Source: an uncultured Chloroflexia bacterium | GTDB lineage: Bacteria > Chloroflexota > Chloroflexia > QHBQ01 > JADMIH01 | NCBI GenBank assembly: GCA_963797095.1 | Contig: CAWCNY010000004.1 | Coordinates: 160,001 to 224,000 of the forward strand | Direction of reading: 5' to 3' | Length of the DNA stretch: 64,000 bases | In this document: positions 39,201 through 49,162 of the stretch, in pieces | How positions within the stretch are numbered: position 1 is the first letter of the stretch | Layout of the letters: every line of letters starts with the position of its first letter | Position numbers and translations under genes: made by a program | The notes under the pieces: model-generated | Database searches by the model: none | Told to the model about the DNA's origin: nothing | Seen by the model: the letters and a program-made list of their open reading frames with translations, nothing else

Positions 39201-39900
39201 CCTGTGCCCAGCGGCCGCCGTACCACAGTCGCAAAAGCGCCTTCAGTTCGTCTGAGAGTTTGAGATAGTCCTGGGCTTGGCGGGCCTGGCGCTCAAGGCG
39301 GCGTACCTGAGGCTCCAGTTCGGCAACCAGGTCGTTGACCCGCGCTATATTCTCCTCTGTCTTCTGAAGCCGCTTGAGGGCGTCCTCGCGCTGGACAAAG
39401 TAGCCGCGAATGGCGGCAGCCTCCTCGAACAACTCGCGCCTCTCTTCGGGGCGCAGTGAGAGGGCGGCGTCAACGAGACCCTGACCAACAACAGTGTACG
39501 CCTGTCCTAATGTGGAGGCGACATCGAGAATGTCACGCAGGCGCACCCGGCTCTTGTTGACAAAATACTCGTTCTCGCCTGAGCGGTAGGCACGACGCGT
39601 GAGAGTTACTTCGGCGAAATCGAGTGGGAGGAGATGGTCGGTGTTTTCAATGGTGATGGAGACCTCAGCCATACCAACTGGGGCGCGATTGGACGATCCC
39701 GCAAAGATAAGGTCTTCGGTGCGCTTGGCGCGCAGATTCGAGAGTGATTGTTCACCCAACACCCAACGCACGGCATCGGCAACATTACTCTTGCCGGAGC
39801 CGTTGGGTCCGACAATGGCGGTCAGACCTTCACCAAATTGGAGGTCTGTCCTGGGCGCGAAGGTCTTGAAACCGTGCAGACTGAGATGTTTGAGACGCAT
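36202..39900 (-). CDS. smc: chromosome segregation protein SMC
   Basis: GPNGSGKSN, hinge GRATFLPL, LSGGE and LDEVDAALD. Confidence 0.97.
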   Translation of the reverse strand: MRLKHLSLHGFKTFAPRTDLQFGEGLTAIVGPNGSGKSNVADAVRWVLGEQSLSNLRAKRTEDLIFAGSSNRAPVGMAEVSITIENTDHLLPLDFAEVTLTRRAYRSGENEYFVNKSRVRLRDILDVASTLGQAYTVVGQGLVDAALSLRPEERRELFEEAAAIRGYFVQREDALKRLQKTEENIARVNDLVAELEPQVRRLERQARQAQDYLKLSDELKALLRLWYGGRWAQAASALQAARVAEEAALVEVSQRKQAVSALSTRLAEIRARVWELVGRVSQLHEERAQAQSRHAAQVQAQAVTTERLVSAGQTRTALVKDGEGLLDASQALSQRQADLLQEIDRHAQEVHEIQAEGRDVDAELADLDSQIARAESGHDHKAAHLENLLLRETSLQNSIANAERTASEQDRGATEAENAIATLHTRLAEAEAMLDAKHTALGAEQLAVAQAERDHASLTETVSSARHELSRVETARRDALRHIELLSGQIVALLGEQSAGLFGGVRAVVTAAGQGRLNGFVGTVAELLHVPSEYEPAIEAALGGRLQDVVVESWSDAEAAIAFLKSSGAGRATFLPLDTLRSSRTSTPPTGAGIIGLARELVRYEPRLATLAESLLGRILIVEDLPSARRALAGMPVSAPWTLATLGGDVVRPGGSVTGGSNTRGDDRSARGKTILARERRRRELQHAYEEARIALTRAEQAQEHALTSLRSHETRLASSSSALEDARKRQSAAQLLYMEQGSVVSRLQQELSWRTGLLAETRREIERLRHSASDMKDSLASLGGEIGPQRELLAESSAQLSELRSQRGRASQATAERRTRLAVLAETLRNLRARQEETDRELVRVEKQRSELRSLAEAGEVDEKRLRDALIAHEAEATKLASLVSDIELRIGPSEQEVRNAEAQANALENELSSLQTALLESETVHSRTAVETQRCLGVLSSLRIEIAEELGAPSEPELDTNPTSSNVATESPIRIGDGNQSAQSLQPHDTELDIKSPVELESEASIPAPEEANERERRVYAVRSRLSRLGPVNPLAMEEHAALAERHSFLQTQLIDLMAAADSLRHVIGELDRTMRDQFAATFAQVNDAFSTFFNTLFGGGTARLDLTNPDDITSSGVDIMAQPPGKRLQPLAALSGGERALTSAALLFALLKVRPVPFCVLDEVDAALDESNVSRFRAALQELGSNTQFVIITHNRGTIEAADTLYGVSMAGDGTSQLLSLRVEERATA

Positions 39901-40048
39901 GATTGCGAAGCGCAGTTACGATAGATGGTTTGGTATGGAATTTGGGGTGCTTGCCAAAAGCAGTTTCGTAGGCAGCGACACTAATTGTACCATAGAGTTA
40001 CCCGGCTATGGTAATATCGCAAAGTGCTGTGATTGAGTTGCGAAGGAG

Positions 40049-41266
40049 ATGACCCTTATGCCAATAGTGCGAACGACCCGTGAGCTTCCAGCCAGCGCCG
40101 ACCTCGTCATAATTGGAGGAGGTATAGTGGGCGCGGCTACAGCATTTTTCGCCTCCAAAGCAGGATTGCGGCCCGTCGTACTTGAGCGAAGACCTGCTCT
40201 TGGGACGCTCACGACACCTGCCTCAACCGGGGCATTTCGCCTGCAATTTGACAACCAGGAAGAGTTGGCGCTGGTCAAGGAGACCGTTGGGATATTCGAG
40301 AATTTCGAGGAGATGACGAGCCTTACAGGATATGATCTGGATATTCACAGGCAAGGCTACCTTTTCTGCACTAGAATCCCGGCAACCATTGAGCGTCAAA
40401 AGGCATTGCTTGGGAGGCAGCAAGAATGGGGTCTGACGGATGTCGAATGGCTGTCAGGTGGCGAAGCTCGCGCGCGCTTCCCATATCTTTCGGAAGAGGT
40501 GGTGGGGGCGCGGTGGCGTGCCGGCGATGGATGGCTTGACGTGCGGAAGCTCGCTACCGGCTACGCTCTGGCTGCCCAATCGGCGGCGGACGCGGAGTTC
40601 GTGGTTGGCACGGAGGTAACGGGGTTCGACATCAAGGGCGGGCGAATCCGAGGAGTACACACGGCTAGCGGCTCGATCAGCACACCTGTTGCAGTGATTG
40701 CCGTAGGGCCTTTTTCCGGTGTAGTAGGCGCGATGGCGGGCATAGAGATTTGGTTGAGCCTCGTGCGAAGGCAGAAATTGGTAATGCCGGAGGTCCCGCA
40801 GGTTCCGCAGGGTGCCCCCATGACAATAGATGAGGAGACGGGATCGCACTGGCGGCCAGCGTTGCGCGGCGCGTTTTGTTTGAGGACGACTCCCGGTGTG
40901 CCTCCGGGGCCGCCGCTTGACGACGTGCCCATAAGTGCCGATTTCGCGTTCGGACTGCTCGACCCGTCAAGCCCTTATGCGCTGGCACATATCAGCCCGT
41001 TCTGGCGGGAGGTCTGGCATGGAGGCACCACGCACTGGTTCCAGCAAGCAGGACAATATGCCTATTCCGTGGACCATCGTCCTTACCTGGGTGGCACTGC
41101 GGTGCAAGGATTGTTCGTGAATTGCGGGTACAGCGGTCATGGAATCATGACCAGCGGAGGCGGAAGCCGGATCGTCATTGACTGTATTACAGGAAAGCTT
41201 AGCGCGCAGAACAACCCATTTCGGATTGACCGCCCGGTTGTCGAGCGCGAGCATGACGTGCTGTGA
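40049..41266 (+). CDS. FAD-dependent oxidoreductase (DAO/sarcosine oxidase beta-like)
   Basis: IIGGGIVG and GYSGHGIM. Confidence 0.88.
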   Translation: MTLMPIVRTTRELPASADLVIIGGGIVGAATAFFASKAGLRPVVLERRPALGTLTTPASTGAFRLQFDNQEELALVKETVGIFENFEEMTSLTGYDLDIHRQGYLFCTRIPATIERQKALLGRQQEWGLTDVEWLSGGEARARFPYLSEEVVGARWRAGDGWLDVRKLATGYALAAQSAADAEFVVGTEVTGFDIKGGRIRGVHTASGSISTPVAVIAVGPFSGVVGAMAGIEIWLSLVRRQKLVMPEVPQVPQGAPMTIDEETGSHWRPALRGAFCLRTTPGVPPGPPLDDVPISADFAFGLLDPSSPYALAHISPFWREVWHGGTTHWFQQAGQYAYSVDHRPYLGGTAVQGLFVNCGYSGHGIMTSGGGSRIVIDCITGKLSAQNNPFRIDRPVVEREHDVL

Positions 41267-41269
41267 CGA

Positions 41270-42034
41270 TCAGGCGCGGAGGCCGGCGAAGAATTGATCT
41301 GCTCCATGTTTCAGGAGCGCGTTCGGCGAGGTCAAAATGAGGCCAACACCACGGTCTACAAGGGCACGAGCGTCCTGGCCGCTGAAGGCGACTGTGCCGG
41401 TGATCAGACCTATGTCGCGGACGCGACCGAAGACTTCAGCCATTACCGTCTGAACCTCCGGGTGGCCGGGGCCATCATAGAAGCCCATAGACATTGAGAG
41501 GTCGCGCGGCCCAACGAAATAGCCGTCGACGCCGGAAACTCTGAGCAGGGCGGTGAGATTCTCCACTGCTTCAATCAATTCGATTTGAGGCAATATCAGG
41601 ATCTGGTCGTTGGCGAATTGAACATATTCGTCGGGGCGCATTGTTCCAAGCATGTAGTCGTTGGCGCGCACAGGGGCAATCCCCCGCTTGCCCTGAGGTG
41701 GATAGCGCACAGCCTCGACAAGGCGTTCGACATCGAGCGCATCGCGAACGCCTGGCAGCATAATGCCCATGATGCCCGCATCGAGGAATTGTAATACCAG
41801 CTTGGGATCGGCACTACGCACCCTTACCAGTGGTGTGATTCCGGCTGCCTCGCAGGTGCGAACGAATCCCTCGGCCTGGGAAGGGCCTAGCGGTCCGTGC
41901 TCACAATCAAGCATGTAGCACTCGAAACCGATCAGGGCCATCAATTCAATAATCATGGGATCGGCCACGGGAGTCAGGAGGCCAAACACAGATTGTCCCT
42001 GTGTCAGCTTTGCTTTTACCCTGTTTGTTTGCAC
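41270..42034 (-). CDS. HpcH/HpaI aldolase family protein
   Basis: DCEHG, RYPPQGKRG, QIE and FVGPRDLS. GTG start at 42034 follows GAGGAGG. Confidence 0.9.
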   Translation of the reverse strand: MQTNRVKAKLTQGQSVFGLLTPVADPMIIELMALIGFECYMLDCEHGPLGPSQAEGFVRTCEAAGITPLVRVRSADPKLVLQFLDAGIMGIMLPGVRDALDVERLVEAVRYPPQGKRGIAPVRANDYMLGTMRPDEYVQFANDQILILPQIELIEAVENLTALLRVSGVDGYFVGPRDLSMSMGFYDGPGHPEVQTVMAEVFGRVRDIGLITGTVAFSGQDARALVDRGVGLILTSPNALLKHGADQFFAGLRA

Positions 42035-42238
42035 GGTAGTCCCTCCTCTTATCAAGTAGCGACATGATAACACGCGTGAGCAAGCGTGCGCCAGCCTGCC
42101 ATTCGCAGCTCTGGTTTTGGCTTGAAAGTGGGGTGGTCGTGTGCTACACTGGAGGCGGTGCCCTGATAATGAAGTCGGGTTTCAGAAATAGTATATAGGC
42201 TCTCTCGACGAAGAGAGACGAAAGGAGATAGGCTCTCA

Positions 42239-43756
42239 ATGGAAACTAAAGAAGCGCCTACTTATGCGCATGATCTGGTTCGTAATTACATAGGCGGCAA
42301 ATGGGTTGAAGGCTCATCGGGAAAGACTTTCGAGAGCAGGAACCCGGCCACCGGGGAGTTGTTGGGCGTACTGACCATTTCTGATGCTTCAGACGTAAAC
42401 AAGGCGGTGGAAGCGGCGGCCAGAGCATTCAAGAGCTGGCGGCTAATGCCCGCGCCCAGGCGAGGTGAAATCCTATTCAAAGCGGGCCAACTGTTGATCG
42501 ACCGGAAAGAGGATCTGGCACGTCTGATGACCCAGGAGATGGGCAAGGTACTGGCCGAGGCACGCGGTGATGTGCAAGAAGCGATAGATATGACCTTCTA
42601 TATGGCGGGAGAAGGGCGCAGGATGATGGGCGAAACCGTCCCATCGGAATTGCCGAATAAATTCGCCATGTCGGTGCGCGATCCTATTGGGGTGGTGGGC
42701 GCAATTACGCCCTGGAACTTCCCCATTGCTATTCCGTCCTGGAAATTGATGCCTGCATTGATCGCAGGTAATACGGTTGTGTTTAAGCCCGCATCAGACA
42801 CGCCTCTACTCGCCCTGGAACTGGTGAAGATCCTGGAAGAGGCAGGTTTGCCGGAGGGCGTGGTAAACGTGGTGCTTGGGCCAGGCGGAACCGTTGGTGA
42901 GGCGATAATCGAGAATCCGACCGTGAAGTTGATCTCGTTCACAGGTTCCACAGCGGCTGGGCAACAGGTTGCCATGCAGGGCGCGAAGACGCTAAAACAG
43001 ATATCGCTGGAAATGGGAGGAAAGAATGCGATAATTGTGCTTGATGACGCCAACCTGGACCTTGCGGTGGAAGGGATATTGTGGAGCGCATTCGGCACCA
43101 CGGGGCAGCGCTGCACAGCGGCATCGCGTGTAATAGTGCAACGTGGCATCCAGCAAGCGCTTCAGGACAGATTGGTGAGCAGGATTTAGAAGTTCCGGCT
43201 CGGCAACGGACTTGAGGCCACTACCGACATCGGGCCCGTGGTGAACCGCTCGCAGCTAAAGCGTATTGACGAGATGGTGCAGGAAGGGATTCGAGGTGGA
43301 AGCGAGCTTGTAATCGGTGGGGAGATAGCCGACGACGGAGCACTGTCGAAGGGCGCGTTCTACAAACCTACGCTGTTCACGAACATGAAGAGCGGCGACT
43401 ATCTTGCCCAGGAGGAGATATTCGGGCCGGTAACAACATTGATCCCCGTGGACACGCCAGACGAAGCCATCCAGGTGAATAACGAGACCAAGTATGGCCT
43501 TTCGTCATCGATCTTCACTGATAATGTGAACAACGCTTTCAAGGCCATGCGCGACATCACCACCGGCATCGTGTACGTAAACGCCGGGACAATTGGCGCT
43601 GAGATTCAACTGCCGTTCGGCGGCACACGGGGCACCGGCAACGGCCACCGCGAGGCTGGTCAGGCCGGACTTGACGTCTTCACTGAATGGAAGACGTTGT
43701 ATATTGATTTCAGTGGTAGATTGCAGCGGGCGCAGATGGATACAGAAGAGATCTAG
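42239..43756 (+). pseudogene. aldehyde dehydrogenase interrupted by one in-frame TAG (43187-43189)
   Basis: ITPWNFP, FTGS, LEMGGKN and GQRCT precede the stop; EEIFGPV and PFGG follow in the same frame. Confidence 0.85.
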
Positions 43757-43783
43757 TCCTCAGAGGCAAACTGGCAGGGCAAT

Positions 43784-43813
43784 GGGACGAAAGCGGTTTC
43801 GCTTTCGTCCTTT
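43784..43813 (+). terminator. intrinsic terminator
   Basis: GGACGAAAGCG-gttt-CGCTTTCGTCC followed by TTT. Confidence 0.7.
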
Positions 43814-43966
43814 GCTTATTGCGCTGGCGCAATTCTCATGATGGGATATTGTGCTATACTAGGGGGTAGCGGTGTTTTCGTACGCGCCCAGGAAAGAAAC
43901 GGTGAGGACACAGTCAAGAGTTAATCGCCGCCTATTGTAGTACAGAGGAGTACAGAGGAGGGAGCA

Positions 43967-44290
43967 GTGACACGGAACGCCGGTGAGCAAGATACAGCAA
44001 CGCCCGGATCTCCTGAAGAGCAGGAAGATTATGTCCGTGAGGAGTTAGATCAGGAGTATATCACCCACCAGGGCGACTATCGCGGGCCAAAACCCTCGCA
44101 GACATCGGCCGAGCAGCGATCCAGGCATCTTGGAGCAACAGACGACGAGGTCGTGCCGATAATCCCGCCGATGTCTGGCCCCGCAGACCTGGTTGGAGAG
44201 CACGATATTGATGCTCAGGGCAACGAGACAGGTGACACCGAGGTGGGTGAAGAGATGATCGACCCACGGGACGAGTTGACACCGGGGTAA
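43967..44290 (+). CDS. small acidic hypothetical protein
   Basis: GGAGGGAG RBS and GTG start; D/E-rich, 107 aa. Confidence 0.65.
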   Translation: MTRNAGEQDTATPGSPEEQEDYVREELDQEYITHQGDYRGPKPSQTSAEQRSRHLGATDDEVVPIIPPMSGPADLVGEHDIDAQGNETGDTEVGEEMIDPRDELTPG

Positions 44291-44367
44291 TTTGGAGCGT
44301 ATTTCAGAGTAGAGAAGAGGCCGGGCAGCAGATCAAGTCAACGTAAGACAAAGAGGAGTACGAAACT

Positions 44368-46203
44368 ATGAGCACGATGGACGTGCTGGAACGACCGTCG
44401 GACCAGGGAATGCCTGACCGGCCAGAGGTCGTGAACGATTTTTCGATTGTGGTAGCGACGGTAAACGGATCGGGAAGCCAGACTGCGAACGGCTTGCTGG
44501 CACGGGCGGCCTTCAAGATGGGGGTGCCGGTGAGTGCCAAGAACCTATTCCCCTCGAACATCTCCGGCCTGCCGACGTGGTATACCATCCGGCTCAGTAA
44601 GGATGGGTATGTAGCGCGACGGGAGGAGGCCGAGATCCTCGTAGCTTTCAATCCGGCTACAGCAGAGGAGGACCTCGCCAATCTGCCACCGGGGGGTGTG
44701 TGCGTCTATCCCGACGATTACAAGTGGCAGACAACCAGAGATGACGTGATCATGTATGGCATGCCCGCCAAAGAGATCATGAAGCAAACCGAGATAGATC
44801 CGAAGCTGAGAGATCATGTTCGCAATATGGTTTATGTTGGTGCGCTGGCTTATTTGCTTGGAATCGATGTTGAAGAGTTGCGGGAAGGTTTGCTGCATCA
44901 CTTCAAAGGGAAGCAGAAGCCGGTAGACATGAACATGAATGTTGTGCGCATGACCCTGGATTGGGCCAAGGAAAACATTGTCAAATCGGACCCGTACAGG
45001 ATCGAGCATATGGACAAGACTTCGGGCCTGGTCATGATCGACGGCAACACGGCAGGGGCGCTAGGCGCGATTTTCGGCGGAGTAACTTTTGCATCGTGGT
45101 ATCCAATCACCCCTTCAACAAGCCTGATCGATGCGTTGAACGAGTATTTGCCCAGCCTGCGCCCGTCAAAGGAGGGCAAAGTTGATTATGCTGTGGTGCA
45201 GGCAGAGGATGAGCTGGCGGCCATAGGGATGGTCATGGGAGCGGGATGGGCCGGCGCACGCGCAATGACAGCTACTTCAGGGCCGGGTATCTCGTTGATG
45301 ACGGAGTTCGCGGGAATGGGTTATTTTGCGGAGATTCCCGGCGTGATCTGGGATATTCAGCGTGTTGGGCCATCGACAGGCTTGCCAACCCGCACCTCGC
45401 AAGCGGACATCTTATCGGTCTATTTCCTGGGGCACGGTGATACACGGCAGGTGGTGTTGCTTCCGGGCAACATGAAGGAGTGCTTCGAGTTTGGATGGCG
45501 AGCGTTTGACCTGGCGGAGCGCTTGCAGACGCCTGTGTTCGTGCTGAGTGACCTGGACCTGGGGATGAACAACTGGATGACGGAGCCGTTCGAGTATCCA
45601 GACGAGCCGATGGACAGGGGGAAGATCCTGACCAAGCAAGACCTAGACCAACTGGGTGAGTTCGCACGATACAAGGACATCGATGGTGATGGGATTACTT
45701 ACCGGACGCTACCGGGGAACGAGAATCCAATGTCGGCGTATTTTACGCGAGGCACGGGGCACAACGAGCAGGCGGTGTACAGCGAGCGTCCGGACGACTG
45801 GGAGAATAATCTGAAGCGGCTGGAGATGAAGCATGAGACGGCGCGCACGCTGGTGCCAAAGCCTGTGGTGGATGTTAGAGAGGGTGCGGAGATTGGGATT
45901 ATCGCTTATGGCTCGACGGCTGACGCTATTGAGGAGGCTCGCGACGAGTTGAGAGCGCAGGGGATCGAGACGAGCTCTATTCGTGTTCGTGCGCTGCCGC
46001 TGGAGGAGGAACTGAGGGAGTTTATTATGAAGCATGCACGGCTCTACGTGGTTGAGTTGAGCCAGGAGGCGCAGTTGAGGTCGCTTATTCGGCTGCACGT
46101 GCCTGAAAGGGCAGGAGAATTGCGGTCGGTGGCGCACCTGGATGGGCTGCCTATGACGGCGAGCTTTGTGCGCAATGGTTTGCTGGAAGAGGAGAAGCGA
46201 TAA
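44368..46203 (+). CDS. 2-oxoacid:ferredoxin oxidoreductase alpha subunit (gamma-alpha fusion)
   Basis: NGSGSQTAN, YPITPS, QAEDE, TSGPG and QRVGPSTGLPTR. Confidence 0.94.
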   Translation: MSTMDVLERPSDQGMPDRPEVVNDFSIVVATVNGSGSQTANGLLARAAFKMGVPVSAKNLFPSNISGLPTWYTIRLSKDGYVARREEAEILVAFNPATAEEDLANLPPGGVCVYPDDYKWQTTRDDVIMYGMPAKEIMKQTEIDPKLRDHVRNMVYVGALAYLLGIDVEELREGLLHHFKGKQKPVDMNMNVVRMTLDWAKENIVKSDPYRIEHMDKTSGLVMIDGNTAGALGAIFGGVTFASWYPITPSTSLIDALNEYLPSLRPSKEGKVDYAVVQAEDELAAIGMVMGAGWAGARAMTATSGPGISLMTEFAGMGYFAEIPGVIWDIQRVGPSTGLPTRTSQADILSVYFLGHGDTRQVVLLPGNMKECFEFGWRAFDLAERLQTPVFVLSDLDLGMNNWMTEPFEYPDEPMDRGKILTKQDLDQLGEFARYKDIDGDGITYRTLPGNENPMSAYFTRGTGHNEQAVYSERPDDWENNLKRLEMKHETARTLVPKPVVDVREGAEIGIIAYGSTADAIEEARDELRAQGIETSSIRVRALPLEEELREFIMKHARLYVVELSQEAQLRSLIRLHVPERAGELRSVAHLDGLPMTASFVRNGLLEEEKR

Positions 46204-47249
46204 TGGTTGCAACTGGAACGGAACCGCGACGGGATAGGCTTAACCTGGTGGGGCTTGAGAAGGGGGACTACAGGGGGCGGCCCTCGACGCTGTGCTCGGG
46301 GTGCGGGCACGATTCGATCTCTAGCCAGATTATTAGTGTGGCATGGGAGTTGTCGCTGCCGCCCTATAAGGTGATTAAGATGAGCGGGATCGGGTGTTCA
46401 TCGAAGTCGCCGGCGTATTTTTTGAATAGATCGCATGGGTTTAATGCGCTGCACGGGCGTATGCCTTCGGTGGTGACGGGGGCGAGTATTGTGAACAGGG
46501 GGCTGCGGGCTATTGCGGTTTCGGGGGATGGGGATACGGGATCGATCGGGATCGGGCAGTTTAAGCATTTGTTACGGCGGAACGTGCCGATGGTGTACAT
46601 TATTGAGAATAATGGGGTGTACGGGCTGACGAAGGGGCAGTTTTCGGCGACGGCTGATGTGGGGCAGAAGCTGAAGTATGCGGGGACGAATGAACTGCCG
46701 CCGATTGATCTGTGTGTTGAGGCGATGGCGGCGGGTTGTGGGTTTGTGGCGCGGTCGTTTTCGGGGGATGCGAAGCAGGTGCGGGAGCTGCTGAAGGCGG
46801 CGATGAGTTTTGAGGGGACGGCTGTGATTGATATTATTAGCCCGTGCGTTACGTTTAACAACCACGAGGAGTCAACGAAGAGTTATCCATATGGGAAGGC
46901 GAACGAGGAGCCGTTGCACGATATCAGTTTTGTGCCGAAGTACGAGGAGATTGAGGTGGATTATGGGGAGGGGGAGGAGATAAGTGTTAGGATGCACGAT
47001 GGGCCTGTGATCAGGCTGAGGAAGCTTGAGCGTGAGTACGACCCGAGGGAGAGGTTTGGGGCGATGAGGATGCTGATGGAGGCGGAGGCGAAGGGGGAGT
47101 TTATTACAGGGTTGATTTATTTCAACGAGGGGAGAGGGACGATGCAGGATGTGTTGGAGCTGGACGAGAGGCCGTTGGTGGAGATGCCGGAAAGCAGGGT
47201 ACGACCGCCGAAGGAAGCGCTTGACAGGGTGATGGCCGGTTTGGCGTAA
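46203..47249 (+). CDS. 2-oxoacid:ferredoxin oxidoreductase beta subunit
   Basis: LCSGCGH, SGIGCSSK, LHGR, GDGD TPP motif, NNGVYGLTKGQ and SPCVTFN. Confidence 0.94.
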   Translation: MVATGTEPRRDRLNLVGLEKGDYRGRPSTLCSGCGHDSISSQIISVAWELSLPPYKVIKMSGIGCSSKSPAYFLNRSHGFNALHGRMPSVVTGASIVNRGLRAIAVSGDGDTGSIGIGQFKHLLRRNVPMVYIIENNGVYGLTKGQFSATADVGQKLKYAGTNELPPIDLCVEAMAAGCGFVARSFSGDAKQVRELLKAAMSFEGTAVIDIISPCVTFNNHEESTKSYPYGKANEEPLHDISFVPKYEEIEVDYGEGEEISVRMHDGPVIRLRKLEREYDPRERFGAMRMLMEAEAKGEFITGLIYFNEGRGTMQDVLELDERPLVEMPESRVRPPKEALDRVMAGLA

Positions 47250-47265
47250 GAGACAAGGATGTTGG

Positions 47266-47305
47266 GCGAAAGACGAAGGGCTAGGTTCCTTCGTCTTTTG
47301 CTTTT
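47266..47305 (+). terminator. intrinsic terminator after the oxidoreductase genes
   Basis: GCGAAAGACGAAGG...CCTTCGTCTTTTGC followed by TTTT. Confidence 0.7.
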
Positions 47306-47321
47306 CATGTATATTGAGATA

Positions 47322-47762
47322 ATGGAAAAGGCTAAGTACCGAGCATACCTGTGTTGCGGGCCGAACTGCGGACCGAAAGGAGCATCGGCGCTAATTGACT
47401 TCCTGGAGGCGGAGCTTGCCCTGCGTGGATTGGAAGAGGTAGTAAGCGTGGCGGCGACAGGGTGCCAGGCACATTGCGAGAGCGGACCAACTATGGTGGT
47501 GTACCCTGGGCCGGTGTATTACCAGGAGATCGACCGGGTACGGCTGGTTCGCATTATTGAAGAGCACCTTGTGTTGGGCGGGCCGGTCAAGGAGTATTTC
47601 TGGAGTGGGGTGCGTAAGAGGATTTTGCCCGACGGAAGGGTTATTATCCCCAAGCGTGTAATCATGCCCGAGGATGGTGATGCGTTGCCCAGCGCTGAGC
47701 AGGTCATACGGAAGCGCAAGGCAAAGAAGCCGCCACCGGAAGTTGACGATTTCAAGTGGTAG
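47322..47762 (+). CDS. thioredoxin-like [2Fe-2S] ferredoxin
   Basis: CCGPNC...GCQAHCESGPTMVVYP. Start placed after the terminator. Confidence 0.88.
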   Translation: MEKAKYRAYLCCGPNCGPKGASALIDFLEAELALRGLEEVVSVAATGCQAHCESGPTMVVYPGPVYYQEIDRVRLVRIIEEHLVLGGPVKEYFWSGVRKRILPDGRVIIPKRVIMPEDGDALPSAEQVIRKRKAKKPPPEVDDFKW

Positions 47763-48792
47763 CAGGCTCGACTAGCTCGACCTTACGCCTTGGATGGTGC
47801 GCAACGGATAGAGGGCGAGCAATTCTGGTGAAAAGGAGCATTGCGAGCAGTGCTAGCAGGTGCTGGTAGGTCAATTGAAGGTAGTAACCGGCGAAGGGCA
47901 AGAGTAGCATACCCAGCCCGACGTTGGCATCGCCGAAGGGGAAGTGGCCGTTTGCAGATCTTGCAAAACAGGTCAGGAGAGTGTAAAGGTAGAGGGCGAG
48001 GGAGATTGCATAGAGGGGCCAGGGAAGGTAGAGGGTAAAGCCGACAGACCAGATTGAGAAGACTCCGGTAAAGCCCTGATTTGCGATAATGTCGGCGATA
48101 TTGCCCGCCGAGAATAAGAGGGCGACAGTCAGGGGGGCGATCCAGCGCCTGGTGCTGCGCCAGCCTGTGCCAGGCAGGGCAATTGCTAAAAAGAGCGCAA
48201 TCGGGACCAGGACGGCGGCAAGCTCACCGAATTGGAGGGCGTCGACGGGATTGTCGAGGAGGGTACCGGTGCCTGGTACACCACGGATCGAGAGTAAGAT
48301 CGCCCAGTACCAACCTGTGTAGGCCAGCGCAAGAAGTAGAACCGAGGCACGAGCCGCCCAGGAGACGGGCCTGACTATGAAGCGAATCGCCAGCCACCAG
48401 ATAGCGATGGCCGAGAATAGGTTAAAGGTTACGTTCAGCCAGTCTTGATCGCCGGAGAGGACAAGAAGGGTAAGGAGAGTGTAGGCGAGGGCAAAGATGG
48501 CAAAGACAGAGAGGTAGATAGCCAGCGCCAGATCCGAGACGCGCCGCCAGTGATAAGCTCGCTCGCCAAATTGAAGGGCTGAGATGACGAGGAGGGCTAC
48601 GGCGAGCAGGAAGGCGGTCGAGAGGAGGAAGAAGCCTATACGCCCAAGAGTTTCGATTATGGTGCGGGCGATGCCTTCAATAGGGGGAGCCGCCGCAAGA
48701 CGCGAAACTACTCTACCAAGCAGCCATTCCAGCCCGCCGACCAGCATAACTCCGATTGCCAGGAAGCGAGCAAGCCACGCACGCTCATCCAT
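47752..48792 (-). CDS. polytopic membrane protein, function unknown
   Basis: 346 aa, about 10 hydrophobic segments; overlaps the upstream gene stop. Confidence 0.7.
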   Translation of the reverse strand: MDERAWLARFLAIGVMLVGGLEWLLGRVVSRLAAAPPIEGIARTIIETLGRIGFFLLSTAFLLAVALLVISALQFGERAYHWRRVSDLALAIYLSVFAIFALAYTLLTLLVLSGDQDWLNVTFNLFSAIAIWWLAIRFIVRPVSWAARASVLLLALAYTGWYWAILLSIRGVPGTGTLLDNPVDALQFGELAAVLVPIALFLAIALPGTGWRSTRRWIAPLTVALLFSAGNIADIIANQGFTGVFSIWSVGFTLYLPWPLYAISLALYLYTLLTCFARSANGHFPFGDANVGLGMLLLPFAGYYLQLTYQHLLALLAMLLFTRIARPLSVAHHPRRKVELVEPATT

Positions 48793-49162
48793 TGAGCGCA
48801 GTGTCCACCGCCCGCTCTGAGAGGCCCCAGATGAAGATCATTCCCAGGCCGTAAAGCATTGACTCGCGCACCGTGTTGCTGCCCCTGGTGATGGCAAAGA
48901 TCCCAGGGATGGTGAGGACGATTGAGATGCCGTAGAGGAGGTGCAACCAGCCGCGAGCAGGCTGAAGGCCGGCCAGGACGAGCACCATGCCCACTATCCC
49001 TTGCAAAATGAAGAGGCCCACACCGATAGCCAGAGCGCCATTGTAGTTACCATCCGGAGGTTGACGCCGCAGAAAATTGAACAGCCCCCAGGCACCTACC
49101 AAAAGGGCATAGATAGCGATCATGTTCGAGAATGTCCGGTGAATATCAATGAGCCACTGCAT
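48785..49162 (-). CDS. 4-TM membrane protein
   Basis: 125 aa with a QG...G...HLLYG pattern. Confidence 0.75.
   Translation of the reverse strand: MQWLIDIHRTFSNMIAIYALLVGAWGLFNFLRRQPPDGNYNGALAIGVGLFILQGIVGMVLVLAGLQPARGWLHLLYGISIVLTIPGIFAITRGSNTVRESMLYGLGMIFIWGLSERAVDTALNG

Noticed and set aside
43187-43189. Genome-wide TAG recoding or pyrrolysine
   Set aside because: TAG terminates well-defined genes in this window (hypE after PRIC, acyP, Rieske), and no pyl genes are present in the window.
43939-43960. 10-nt tandem duplication AGTACAGAGG, and similarly ATCTACCACA x2 at 49161-49180
   Set aside because: These are isolated two-copy duplications with no enclosed element; most likely slippage.
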